A stretch of DNA of 64,000 bases, from NCBI RefSeq assembly GCF_006345805.1, contig NW_021824838.1, positions 2,721-66,720 of the forward strand, read 5' to 3'. The stretch is from Octopus sinensis. Its lineage: Eukaryota. The first letter of the stretch is position 1. Each line of letters opens with the position of its first letter. Below the pieces are notes generated by a model. The model had not been told where the DNA came from. It was given only the letters and a program-made list of their open reading frames with translations, and ran no database searches. Both the position numbers and the translations under genes were made by a program. Positions 39,712 to 50,730 of this stretch are shown in pieces.

Positions 39712-41506
39712 TGTGTGTGTGAGAGAGAGAGACAGAGTGTGTGTGTGAGAGAGAGAGACAGAGTGTGTGTGTGAGAGAGAGAGTGTGTTTATGTGTAAGA
39801 GAGAGTGTGTATGTGTGAGAGAGTGAGAGAGAAAGAGTGTGTGTGTGTGAGAGAGAGAGTGTGTGTGAGAGAGAGAGAGAGTGTTTATGTGTGAGAGAGA
39901 GTGTGTATGTGTGAGAGAGTGAGAGAGAAAGAGTGTGTGTGAGTGTGTAAGAGAGAGAGAGAGAGAGAGAGAGAGTGTGTGTGTGAGAGAGAGAGAGAGC
40001 ATCACAAGTCAAACATCTTAACCATGAGGCAACGCGAATCCACTCAGAATACAGTTTCATAGTTTTATGCTTTAATTATTTGAGACCGTAAGGCGTATTT
40101 TGAGGGTGATTTGGCTACTTTTCCTAACAGTCGGTGACCCCGTAGACTCCTTCTGTTACTTGCACACGTGATAGCAAAATACTGCTTTGAGGGAATGGCT
40201 ACGGCCATGCTAAGGATCCGTCTTCAATGGATGTGTTCGGTTGCTTATGGCTGCCGTTTGCGATTTGTCAGATAGGAAGTTGAATTATTTGAGGAGTTAA
40301 CTTGATTCACCCACCTACACGTATATAGATACATAAATATGTACACACACACCCATACACACACACACACACTCACACACACACACGCACACACAGCCAC
40401 ACATACACACACACACTCACACACGCACAAGCATTCCACATTGTGTATTGAGCACTTACTCCGTTCATAAACACAGATATTTACCAATACACACACGCAC
40501 GCACACACAGTCGCACGAACCTATTAAGGGTGGTGGGATGCTGAAATATTCCTGGCTTTAAGGGTATCGCAAAAGGCCTGGCTGGAGGTCCAAGATTCCG
40601 AGTTCTTTGCAGGGGTTAGAAAAACTGAAGGACCGCTGCAATAAGTGTGTGAATCTGAGAGGGGAACATGTTGAATAAAATCATGATCAACTGATCCACC
40701 TGTATTTTCCGTTACCCAAAACCAGGAACTTCCCAGAAATCCTTGTATATTTTTATATACATTTACCAGAGGGTATTGAGAAGTTCTCGGGATTAAGGAT
40801 ATTGTGAAGGGCCTGGTTGGAAGCCCAACCTTCCAAGTTCTTTTGCAGGGTTTAGAAAAACTAAAGGACCACTGCAATAAGTGTGTGTGAATCTGAGAGG
40901 AGAATATGTTGAATAAAATCGTAATTAACTGATCCCCATGGATTTTCTTTTTACCAAAGCCGGGACCTGTTCAGAACCCCTTCATAACTCTTATATCTGA
41001 TGATTTTTATGTAGATTTTGTGCAGCAAGTCATGTGTTAAAGCGCTCGGACGACTTTACCGCATTTGATGCAACTTGTAGGTTTATACGTATGGAGTTCT
41101 CTCCCTTGCACTCTCGGCCAAGTAATATTTAGCTTAGCCTGAGTTTTTTTATTTATTTAATCATTGCGTTTAGCCAGATTATGGTTATTTCTGATGATGA
41201 AGAGTTTGGAAAGACTCAAAAATCTGCGAATGGAACATTCTAGGGATAATCTCTTAAAATGTTAACGGTAGCTTGCTGTAGAATAAAATGTCGGTCGCGT
41301 TGTGGAAAAGGATTGGTGTGTGTGTGTGTGTGTTTGAGAGAGAGCGAGAGCGAGAATGAGGAAGAGAGAGAGAGAGAGAGGAGAGAATGACAGAGAGAGA
41401 GAGAGAGAGAGGGGGAGAGAGTGAGTGAGAGGAGAAGGAGAGATTCAAACGAACGTTGCTGCCTCGAGTATACACAGATAGACACATAAACGATATTGGC
41501 CCGCGG

Positions 41507-41537
<31 letters not shown>

Positions 41538-44500
41538 TCTCACACAGAATACAATTTGTTGTGTGTGTGTATAAAATTAAATAAGGGTAGAAATTGATAT
41601 TAATCAATTAAAACCAGTGGCCTAACATATTTTTAAAAAATCCGAAGATTAAAAATTTTTTTTACATTTAAAATTTAGAGGATTGACCACTAAAAGTAGA
41701 CAGTCTATATGCTAGATATAGACGTCAAAATCAATTTTAAATAAAAAATGTTGTCTAGCCGGTAAATTGACTGCTGTAGTTTATTAACTGCAGACTAGTT
41801 TCCGATCTCAGCGCGCCAAAGTGAAGGCATTTGAAAGATACACATAAATATAATTTGTAGAACTTTATACATGATGGATTTCGGTTGAGCGTTCTGTATC
41901 TAGTTCTGGAAATTGTGTTTCATAAACGACGGACTATGCTGATGATCTTGCAGATGTTTATGCATCCATATACGTAAATATTAACAAGTGAAACTAATTA
42001 GTACATAGGTAATCGTTTTTTTATTTCGTATTTTAATCGTATTTTTATTTCATTTGTCTTGCTTATTTTTACACTTTGTTTTTTTTTGCTGAAATTTTTT
42101 CTTGAGAACACATTCTTCGTGGAAAATGGCGATTTTGACATCTATATCTAGCATATAGGCTGTCTATTTTTAGTGGTCAGTCCTCTAAATTTTGTATGTA
42201 AGAAAAATTTTTAATCTTCGGATTTTTTAAAAATATGCTAGGCCACTGGATTTAATTGATTAATATCAATTTCTACCCTTATTTAATTTTATATATATAT
42301 ATAATACACATCAATATGAAGCACACAGTGCACCCTGGTGATCAGTTATTGTAAGGGAGATAATATTTTCTAGATCATACATGGTGCAATTAGAAGTTTG
42401 AATTTTAAATCGAAGACTAAGGAAGAAGATGCTTACAATGTCCACATTTAATATTGTTTTGCTCTTACTCATTACAAAGATGTCGAAATTTCTAGTTGTA
42501 GGTAATCTGTTATAGCACCATTTTATTCTTATTTGAAACCATCAGCATTACATAACCTGAGGTAAAAAAAAAGTCAAAGTTCATTAAACATTTTACGAAG
42601 TGAGGCATTTTTTATAGATGGAAATTAATTACAGGTAAAAAGACATTCATGGAGTGTGTCTTTCTCTTTATTGTTTTTCGCTATCGATTCTAATAAATTT
42701 ATTTATCTTTTTTAAAGGGCTTGCCAATGAAGGATGGCAAAGGTCATATGCCTTCAAAAGAACAATTAAAATTGTTTATAACTACTGTCCTCTTTACCTG
42801 TAGTGTGTCACATGCACACGCCAACTTCCTTCAGTATGAAGAATATGCATTTCCTGCAAATTATCCATCAATGATAAGGACTCCGTTGTTAAAAGACAAA
42901 GTAAGTATTGTTCTTTGGTAAAATACAATAATATACTTACCTTAGTTTTTATTTGATTTCGTATTCGTATTTCATCAAATTATAGACTGTCAAGAAATGA
43001 TCTCAACTGTCAGAGCAATACAGAACTATTTTTATATATCCTAACAAGATTTATTATTTGTGTTAAAATCTAGAATCTGTATAATCTATGGTGGTTACAC
43101 ATTTGCACGAAATAATATCCAAAACATTGACAATTTTCCTTTTCTGCTTTGCAGAAATTCCTTATATTCTATTGATTGAAATACCTGGGATGGTATGGGC
43201 GATAATTTACCTTCGTTTAGACAATTTTTATTAAAACTTTGTTGCTATTAGAGGTGGACAGAGAGGATCCAACAAGGGCCTTCAACGTGGAACGGGACAA
43301 CACCCGATGAAACAGCTAAAACTGCTAGAATGGAAAAGCTCTTATTAAGACACAAGGAGTAGATTGTAAGAAAATACAAAAATACATTTTAATTCATGTT
43401 TATTGTTATTTCTTGATAACTTATTAGTCCAAATAAAGGATCAATTACAAATATAAGGGAGAAGATTAAAACTGTAAGAAATTATGCATTGTATTTCCTT
43501 CCATAGTTTGGTGTTCCGTGTATAAAACTTAGAGGGAAAATATTGTAGATATTCAGGAGGTTATTTGTGCCAGCCTCGCCTGGCCCCCGTGCCGGTGGCA
43601 CATAAAAGCACCATCCGTTCGTGTCCGTTTGCCAGCTCCGTCTGGCACCTGTGCGGGTGGCACATAAAAAGCACCCACTACACTCACGGAGTGGTTGGCG
43701 TTAGGAAGGGCATCCAGCCGTAGAAACACTGCCAGATCTGACTGGGCCTGATGAAGCCTTCCAGCTTCACAGACCCCAGTTGAACCGTCCAACCCATGCT
43801 AGCATGGAGAACGGACGCTAAATGATGATGATGATGTGGTCCACACCAGTCATTGGTTCGAATAAATTGGTCAGTTATAATGAAAAAGAATATGCTCTCA
43901 TTAGGCCGATCGGCACTTATGGTTGCAAAGTACGGACTGGACGAATTTGAAGAGAAGAAAATGCGTTTGGAATGTGGTTGTAAAGGAGACTGTTACGAGA
44001 ATTTTACAAGGATCGTTGGACAAATGGACGGGTGTTACAACATGTAGCTTTTTCTGATGTTACTAAAATGTATTTTAGTTAATATTATTTAACATTATAT
44101 GGAGGTCAGATGGCAGGACTGCTAGTATGCTGGACAAAATGCTTAGCGGTATTTCGTCTGTCTTTATGTTCTGAGTTCAAATTCAACCGAGGTAGACTTT
44201 ACTTTTTATCATTGTGGGGTCGATAAAATAAGTACCAGTTGAGTACTGGAGTCGATGTAAATCAACCAACCCTGAAATTGATGGCCTTGAGCTAAAATTT
44301 GAAACCAAGATTATATTATATAACATTGTTAATATTAGGAGGGTACCCCACCAAAAAAAATTGCAACACGGATTCTTCAAGCCGAGCCAACTGATGGAGA
44401 CCTAGGGTTATATCAAGAACGAAGATGGTTGGATGATTTCCTGAGTTTCAGTTGGTCACTTGAAAATCTACCCAGAGAGTCTAATAACGGTTGTTTCTGA

Positions 44501-45262
44501 TAGGATGGAGGTACGTGGCTTAGTGGTTAGGGTGTTGCTCTCATGATCGGAAGATTGTGGTTTCGATTCCTGGATCAAGCAACGCATTATGTTCTTGAGC
44601 AAAACACTTCGTTTCACGTTGCTGCTGTCCACTCAGCTGGTAAAAATGAGTAATCCCGCGACAGGCTGGCGTCCCATCCAGTGGGGGTAATTTACACGTA
44701 ACTGAAACCGGCCCTTATGAATCTGTATGACCCGAGAAGGTAATTTTACCTTTTTAAGATTGGACTCAATGGAAGAGATACTTGTGGGACAGTGGGTGAA
44801 GAAGACGGATAGATTACACGGTAATACAAAATGGTAGTAAATTAGTAGAGTCGGTAGATCACCAGACAAGACAGAATGTGGGTTTTGCATTACGAGGTTT
44901 TATATTTTGTTTCAAATTACACCGATGTCAAATTTACTTTTAGTTTTCTGAAGGGTCGTTAAAAAACGAACTAGGATTACATTCACCAATATCCATCCTA
45001 GATATAAACGGAATTATAAAGGAAGACTAAATCATTAAATTATTAAAAAAAATATTCTTTTTCTTTTTTCTTTTTCATCGTTCAAAACATTAGAATCCAC
45101 GAAAAGAGGAAGATCTCATGGCAGCCCTGCCCGACAAAGCTACGACTTTAGATGTTATGGCAATCACAAACCTACTGAGTGCTAAGACAACCAAATCTTT
45201 AGGGGATTTTGAAACACAATATATCTATGATCCGAAAGCTCTTGTATGTGTCAAAGAGTAAG

Positions 45263-45302
<40 letters not shown>

Positions 45303-45635
45303 TAATAATAATAATAACAACAACAGTAATTATGATAATAATAATAATTTTTTTCAACAAGCAATAATCACGCCTCGGATTTACCTTATCGTGTTGCTGT
45401 CTACTAACTCTCCTCAGGAGACTTTGGCTCCCTTAAGTAAAAAAAAACAGTTGTAATATTTTGCGATGTGGGCTCGATTATTGTAAAAGGGTTATATTAC
45501 TCAGGGAACAAACCGTGTCTAAACTTGATAGCCGCATCGTTTGGGTGATGTTGACGGGAGATTTTACACGCAGCTCTCACAGTGGTCAAAAGTTATCCTC
45601 TTTAAAGATGATGTTAATAATAGACTAATAAATAA

Positions 45636-45667
<32 letters not shown>

Positions 45668-45725
45668 ATGTATACATATTATATATATATATATATATAT
45701 GTATACTATTTATATATATATATGT

Positions 45726-45763
<38 letters not shown>

Positions 45764-45876
45764 TATATATACATACATACATACATATATATATGTGTAT
45801 ATATATATGTATACTATTTATATATATATATGTATACATATATATTGTATACATATATATATATATACATACATAC

Positions 45877-45907
<31 letters not shown>

Positions 45908-46127
45908 TTTGCATTGTATCAAGTAACTTTAAAACTGATTGTAAATAGACTATTTTTGTAAAACTAATATTACATTTTAATTCATATTTTCTGTTTGTGT
46001 TTTTGTTTTCAGATTCCAGATGAACCTGAAAGCTATCAGTGACAAAATCAGAAAAAGGAATAAGACCCTGGAAAAGGCTTACAATGTTTTAGACCCTGTC
46101 AACATTCCTAATGCTATTAGTATTTGA
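17683..46127 (+). CDS. LOX-1: complete spliced lipoxygenase gene (ALOX family, arachidonate 5-/8R-lipoxygenase-like), 15 coding exons, 673 aa
   Basis: Exons 17683-18168, 19517-19561, 24751-24879, 25300-25397, 27097-27229, 28133-28228, 29304-29400, 30114-30231, 31500-31592, 34730-34790, 37854-37959, 39276-39373, 42718-42900, 45094-45257, 46013-46127. They sum to 2022 nt in one frame with GT-AG junctions. Motifs: PLAT ...[52 protein letters not shown]-terminal IPNAISI*. Confidence 0.95.
18250..18658 (-). mobile_element. SINE-C (tRNA-Arg-like head) with 13-bp TSD, in LOX-1 intron 1
   Basis: TSD ctatgttccttgt at 18237-18249 and 18659-18671; head tggcccagtgg..TCG..gtttcgattcc; (tccaa)n tail; internal 14-bp duplication. 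Confidence 0.85.
19517..19561 (+). CDS. LOX-1 exon 2 (45 nt)
   Basis: tttcctgtacag|[15 protein letters not shown]|gtaagt; LOX LP.DE.F motif, phase 0/0. Confidence 0.9.
19740..20410. repeat. (TACA)n microsatellite with higher-order variants
   Basis: Direct reading; it produces the spurious MYVC/HTYI ORFs. Confidence 0.95.
22919..23068. repeat. (ACT)n trinucleotide microsatellite
   Basis: Direct reading. Confidence 0.95.
23068..23935 (+). mobile_element. Cluster of about four degenerate (older) SINE-A copies
   Basis: Repeated gttctgagttcaaatt..gaggtcgactttgcctttcatcctttcggggtcga motifs near 23090, 23320, 23540 and 23750. Confidence 0.7.
24751..24879 (+). CDS. LOX-1 exon 3
   Basis: tctctttcag|[43 protein letters not shown]|gtgtgt; phase 0/0. 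Confidence 0.88.
25300..25397 (+). CDS. LOX-1 exon 4
   Basis: atcccatag|[32 protein letters not shown](K)|gtaagt. Confidence 0.95.
25794..26046. mobile_element. Mariner-type MITE with extended (about 95 bp) TIRs
   Basis: ttgggttggtgcataattattgcg / cgcaataattatgcaccagcccaa, resembling mariner (MADE1/Hsmar-like) termini; TA at the right end. Confidence 0.75.
26517..26916 (-). mobile_element. SINE-B full copy
   Basis: Same head, body and tail as 6085-6553, with a shorter internal microsatellite. Confidence 0.85.
27097..27229 (+). CDS. LOX-1 exon 5
   Basis: ttgtag|[44 protein letters not shown]|gtaagc. Confidence 0.93.
27634..27870 (-). mobile_element. SINE-A full copy in LOX-1 intron 5
   Basis: Reverse complement of the 17169 family; tatatacc at both flanks (27631 and 27876). 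Confidence 0.85.
28133..28228 (+). CDS. LOX-1 exon 6
   Basis: ttacag|[32 protein letters not shown]|gtaaga. Confidence 0.95.
29304..29400 (+). CDS. LOX-1 exon 7 (first iron-ligand His)
   Basis: tttcttttag-type acceptor ending 29303|[32 protein letters not shown](G)|gtatta. Confidence 0.95.
29452..29692 (+). mobile_element. SINE-A full copy in LOX-1 intron 7
   Basis: Inserted in (TTA)n 51 nt after exon 7; ends aaagaaataagtatttcgtccg. Confidence 0.85.
30114..30231 (+). CDS. LOX-1 exon 8 (second iron-ligand His)
   Basis: ttttgtag|[38 protein letters not shown](S)|gtaagt. Confidence 0.95.
30342..31066. mobile_element. Foldback/MITE-like element with about 205-bp inverted arms (LOX-1 intron 8)
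   Basis: 30342-30546 is the reverse complement of 30861-31066 (gtagtgatgcagtacgaccg... / ...cggtcgtactgcatcactac). Confidence 0.8.
31500..31592 (+). CDS. LOX-1 exon 9 (Coffa-site Gly)
   Basis: aattttag|[30 protein letters not shown](G)|gtaagt. Confidence 0.94.
32090..32505 (-). mobile_element. Non-autonomous Helitron
   Basis: Minus-strand 3' end cccgagcaacgccgggcgatactgCTAG|t with subterminal hairpin; 5' end lies in (TA)n; no TSD. Confidence 0.7.
32926..33215 (+). mobile_element. 5'-truncated RTE-clade LINE (C-terminal ORF end) with 10-bp TSD
   Basis: [40 protein letters not shown]...AAQDRTDWR; TSD aaatcaactt at 32916 and 33216; (GA)n tail. Confidence 0.85.
34523..34702 (+). mobile_element. 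Penelope-tail-like repeat abutting the LOX-1 exon 10 acceptor
   Basis: Same family as 16025; ends 27 nt before the AG at 34728-34729. Confidence 0.6.
34730..34790 (+). CDS. LOX-1 exon 10
   Basis: atattttag|[20 protein letters not shown]|gtaagt; 61 nt, same size as the paralogous exon at 63787-63847. Confidence 0.92.
35470..36170. repeat. (TG)-rich compound microsatellite with an internal duplication of about 165 bp
   Basis: gtatgaatatatgtttgtg...gtatgagaatgtgtatctatg occurs twice (near 35810 and 35975). Confidence 0.85.
37854..37959 (+). CDS. LOX-1 exon 11
   Basis: catttcag|[35 protein letters not shown](G)|gtgagt. Confidence 0.95.
38111..38380 (-). mobile_element. SINE-B 3' portion
   Basis: Tail, body and microsatellite up to gacgggcttc; inverted relative to 38712-39110. 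Confidence 0.8.
38712..39110 (+). mobile_element. SINE-B full copy
   Basis: cgcaggagtggctgtgtggtaag...ggcaccttgggcaagtg...(TA)(TG)...gaaacaagtaaaagagtaa. Confidence 0.85.
39276..39373 (+). CDS. LOX-1 exon 12
   Basis: gatttcag|[32 protein letters not shown]|gtaatt. Confidence 0.94.
39650..40000. repeat. (GA)/(GT) compound microsatellite
   Basis: Direct reading. Confidence 0.9.
40524..40986 (+). mobile_element. Two tandem internally deleted mariner elements
   Basis: Each carries a mariner transposase C-terminus-like stretch ([20 protein letters not shown] in the first) and degenerate gaaa(a)gttcctggc / ccaggaact termini. Confidence 0.7.
41570..42293. mobile_element. Foldback/MITE-like element with about 160-bp inverted arms (LOX-1 intron 12)
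   Basis: 41570-41732 is the reverse complement of 42131-42293 (tataaaattaaataagggtag / ctacccttatttaattttata). Confidence 0.8.
42718..42900 (+). CDS. LOX-1 exon 13 (third His and Asn ligand)
   Basis: ttttaaag|[61 protein letters not shown]|gtaagt. Confidence 0.95.
43565..43836 (+). mobile_element. 3' portion of a LINE-tailed SINE/LINE with (TGA)n tail
   Basis: ggcgttaggaagggcatccagccgtagaaac...catgctagcatggagaacggacgctaaatgatgatg; related remnants near 3045, 31200(-) and 37650. Confidence 0.6.
44507..44745 (+). mobile_element. SINE-D copy
   Basis: Homologous to 607-855. Confidence 0.7.
45094..45257 (+). CDS. LOX-1 exon 14
   Basis: acattag|[54 protein letters not shown](E)|gtaagt. Confidence 0.94.
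46013..46127 (+). CDS. LOX-1 exon 15 (terminal; C-terminal Ile ligand)
   Basis: gttttcag|[40 protein letters not shown]. Confidence 0.95.
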
Positions 46128-46293
46128 AATACAGCATATACCATACACATACACACACACATATATACATACATACATACATAGTTTAAGATGTGGATTC
46201 AGAGAATCGTGTAGTAATCACGAAACGGCTGTTATCCGAAGCGAGCGTATCAAGTGGTTAAATATATTCACGTCTCATAGCTTCTAAGTTATA

Positions 46294-46353
<60 letters not shown>

Positions 46354-46371
46354 ATATATAATATATATAAT

Positions 46372-46402
<31 letters not shown>

Positions 46403-47542
46403 TATATATATACATATATATATATATATAGGTGGGGAGAGTTCACGGGAGATACAAACAAGACGTGACAACCGTGGCCGTCTCGTCGGTTTTTCACGCA
46501 TCGTTTACCAACAACTACATCACTTAATAACTTTGTTTAAGAGGAAGCATTGGATAATATTTTAAGGAAGATCTGATTACTATTTCTAATAACATGTCTT
46601 GAAGAAAAAAATGTAATTGATGTCACAGAGTCTAAGAGAAGTCAGTTTTCTATAAAGTCGTTATTGTGTTGAGCACTGGGGGTCAACCTACCCCCTCCTT
46701 CGAAACTAGTGGCCTTGTGCCAACATTTTAAATCATTCTGTGTGTATGTGTGTTTGTGTGTGTGTGTGTGTGTGTGTAGATTTGTATGATGTCAAAATCT
46801 AGTAGCCAGTAAGAACGGAGTGAGGAATTCTCAGTTGCTTCTGAGCAACAAAGGATTTCAGTTAACGAATGAATGGTGGATTGTCTGATGTTTGTGTAGA
46901 AAGTGTTGAACGATATGGGACCGAGATAAGGCGCTAAATGGGGGAATGATTTGTGTAGGTTGGAACGAAGGGAGGCCAGCATCTCCTCTCCTCTCCGCTA
47001 GAGCTGTAATCATGTACGTGGAAAATGGGGCAGAAAAGTATTAGCCGAGGTGTTCAGACGAGAAGACTGTTTTGGACGGAGACCCCATGCCAGTCCTGTG
47101 GTCAATATTCACCTGTTTACAACTAAAGGAATAGTTCCTTTCCTCCTTAGGACAACTCAAAAGCTGGTCATGGTGTCGCGGAGGATTGTAAACAAATGAC
47201 ACCGTCTGTGCGAAGGTGACTTCTGTTTACAATTAACGTGTTCATGACAAAAGGACTACACACGCAAACACACAAACACACATACACACACAACATACAC
47301 AATATGTATACATACACAGATATACATGTACAAACATACACACAGGCGTACGCACACATACACACACACATATATATATACGCGTGCGCACATACACATA
47401 ATGTGTATATATATATATAAAGTATATATACGCAGATATACATGTACATACCTATACACAGGCGTACGCACACACACACACATATATATGCAACCCCATT
47501 TATATACTTATATAAATGCATGCGCGCACGCACATACACACA

Positions 47543-47625
<83 letters not shown>

Positions 47626-48533
47626 TCTCTCTCATACACACATGCACGCTCACACGAAGGCTTCTCCCCGTTTCTGTTTATCACACTTCACTTGCAAGGC
47701 AACCCGCGTCTTTAGTAGTAACCATCAGCCACCGTAGACCAGGAGCGGAAATGAAGCAGCAGGGAACGATATAAAAATGAACAAGTTTGAGTAGGAAAAG
47801 GCTAAAAGAAGTCTTGGGTTGTTAGAATTTGTGTGGTTTGATCTCAAGGTGCTGGACTTCACAAATAGGCGGCAAGAACCTTGACAAATGGCGAAACTCT
47901 GTTGAAACGGAACTTGACGAATTCCTAGGAAAGTTGACCTGGAAACTGTTTGTTTCCTATTTTTGGTATGTAATCAATTGATCTTAGCATATTGATATAT
48001 TTTAGCAAACCCGATTTAATGAAAGGCAATTTTGATTCCTCATCGAATCTGATCTTAGATTTATATATTATTTTTTTTTGTGTGTGCGTGACTTATTCGA
48101 GAAACGTCGGTATGAATAATTGTTTTTTTCCCCCCTGGGACTTCTAAGATTTGTTGGGAATAATTGTCATAAAACTGGAGCACTGGTTCGAAAGGATTTG
48201 GCTAAGATAGCCAGTAGCCAGGTGTTGGCGGCGGTGGTGGTAGATTAAAGGTGGATGAAGTCGACACGTGGGTTTCCCTAAGGGTTCATCTTACTATATG
48301 TCACTGCTAAGTCTTTGGTGAACAGGAGCTTCTTGAAGGAGACACACATGGCCAAGGTGTCGCGTAGTGGAGTTGATTCTGTAACCATTCAATCATGAAA
48401 CGAACTTTCCAACAGCTTAGCTATACCTGTATGTCTTGTGTGTGTGTGGGGGGGATGCCTGTAAATATTCTAAATCGTTTAATACGGTTGCTCTACCGAC
48501 TCTTTCTCTTTATTAATATTACCTTATAAATAA

Positions 48534-48952
48534 GGCGGCGAGCTGGCAGACACGTTAGCATGCCGGGCGAAATGCTTAGCGGTATTTCGTCTGCCACTAC
48601 GTTCTGAGTTCAAATTCCGCCGAGGTCGACTTTGCCTTTCATCCTTCCGGAGTCGATTAAATAAGTACCAGTTACGCACTGGGGTCGATCTAATCGACTT
48701 AATCCGTTTGTCTGTCCTTGTTTGTCCTGTCTGTGTTTAGCTCCTTGTGGGTGGTAAAGAAATAGGTATTTCGTCTGCCGCTACGTTCTGAGTTCAAATT
48801 CCGCCGACGTCGACTTTACCTTTCATCCTTTCAGGGTCGATTAAATAAGTACCAGTTACGCACTGGGGTCGATCTAATCGACTTAATCCGTTTGTCTGTC
48901 CTTGTTTGTCTCCTCTATGTTTAGCCCATTATGGGTAATAAATAAAGAAATA
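48534..48952 (+). mobile_element. SINE-A dimer (head + two units)
   Basis: Junction aaagaaatag|gtatttcgtctgccg near 48765. Confidence 0.85.
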
Positions 48953-49018
48953 TCTTATGATAAAAGAACAAAGATAAATTCTCTCTAGCATTTCTAACAA
49001 TGGACGGGAAAACGGACG

Positions 49019-49066
<48 letters not shown>

Positions 49067-49583
49067 TAAATACGGACACATCCACACACACACACACACA
49101 GTGTAGGCAAGTCAAAAGTCAGAGGGAAATCTAGGCCAAGACAAAATATTTTATCAAAAGGCAAATATATTTAAGGAATTTGTGAGGGAGTATAAGGAAT
49201 GCGAAGTGAGAACAGTCACCATGTTGGACTATTGTTTTGAATAAATATTATTTGACAGGTAAATGTGTACAAGAGTGTGTGTGTGTATGTGTGTTTGTGT
49301 GTATGTGAGTGTGTGTGATGCTTTTTATTTTTGCAATAAACTTACAGAAAATATATTCAAATCGACTGAGTTTCTTAATTTTTTTTATTAAACAAAATTG
49401 TTTTCTATTTATTTATTTAATTGCTGCCGTCTTTGTCTTCAGTTTCCACAGAAATAATTTCAATCATTTTCCAGAGGAACGGTACCATCCAATTTAAGAA
49501 GCATCAATGGAGCAGCTTCTTGCAGGCTCGCAAAGTAATCCTAATGAAAATACAAGTTTTTCATCTCTATGATACGACTTAAA

Positions 49584-49960
49584 GAGGCGCAATGGTCCAG
49601 TGGTTAGGGCAGCGGACTCGCGGTCGTAGGATCGCGGTTTCGATTCCCAGACCGGGCGTTGTGAGTGTTTATTGAGCGAAAACACCTAAAGCTACACGAG
49701 GCTCCGGCAGATGGTGGTGACCCCTGCTGTACTCTTTCACCACAACTTTCTCTCACTCTTACTTCCTGTTTCTGTTGTACCTGTATTTCAAAGGGCCGGC
49801 CTTGTCACTCTCTGTGTCACGCTGAATATCCCCGAGAACTACGTTAAGGGTACACGTGTCTGTGGAGTGGTCAGCCACTTACACGTTAATTTCACGAGTA
49901 GGCTGTTCCGTTGATCGGATCAACCGGAACCCTCGTCGTCGTAACCGACGGAATGCTTCC
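49584..49960 (+). mobile_element. SINE-C full copy with 10-bp TSD
   Basis: TSD acgacttaaa at 49574 and 49961; near-identical to 18250-18658. Confidence 0.85.
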
Positions 49961-50421
49961 ACGACTTAAAAAAAAAGAGTTCTAATTTAGGGTTTCTTGG
50001 CGAGAAGTGAGGTGTCAGTGACGTAAAATCTCTTATGATAACGATGATGATGATGGTGGTAATAATGATGGTCACTCCTTTTCGTCGATTTCGTTCGAAA
50101 GGAAGGATTAAAAACGGAAACTGCATCTATTTGCAATGGATGTGCCGATGTAATTAGAGTCCAGGTATGGGTTTTGCAATGAAGTCACTACGAGTAGAAT
50201 GTTGATTTTGATTTTACCTGGGATTGGACAAAAGTGACTTTCGATTGCAGAATAAGATTCAACTCAAATTGTTTTGATGCATCATGAGACATTTTGCCCC
50301 ACTTAGATCGATACCGGCAATACAGACGGGTAGTCATGATGGGTATACTGGGCTTCGTATATTTTACCCCAGTGTCACTTTGATGGCATGCACTGCTCTC
50401 TCACTCAATAATAATAATAAT

Positions 50422-50730
50422 AACTGGAAGCTATGCCAACATTATGGAATAACAACAGAAAAAGATGGTGTAGGCACACCCTAGAAAAGGTCATAGAAAA
50501 TGAGAAAGCAACCATACTCTGGGATATGCCAATACACACAGATAGAGAAATTAAGGCTAATAGGCCAGATATAGTTGTCAGAGATCACCAAGAAAAATAA
50601 TTATTTCTAATCGATGTATCAATACCAACAGATGACAATGCTTCTCTAAAAGAAACGGGAAAACTTTCAAAATACAAAGATCCGGAAATAGAGGTAACTC
50701 GAATGTAGAGACTAAAAACAGAAACAACTC
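50422..50730 (+). mobile_element. Degenerate Dong/R4-like non-LTR retrotransposon fragment (restriction-like endonuclease region)
   Basis: WKLCQHYGITTEK..(frameshift)..EKVIENEKATILWDMPIHTDREIKANRPDIVVRDHQEK*LFLIDVSIPTDD...KLSKYKD; starts in (TAA)n. Confidence 0.7.

Noticed and set aside
49584-49660. tRNA-Arg(TCG) gene (also 18585-18658, 607 and 55184)
   Set aside because: A/B boxes are present, but there is no proper acceptor stem. Each continues into a SINE body and tail, two of them bounded by TSDs.
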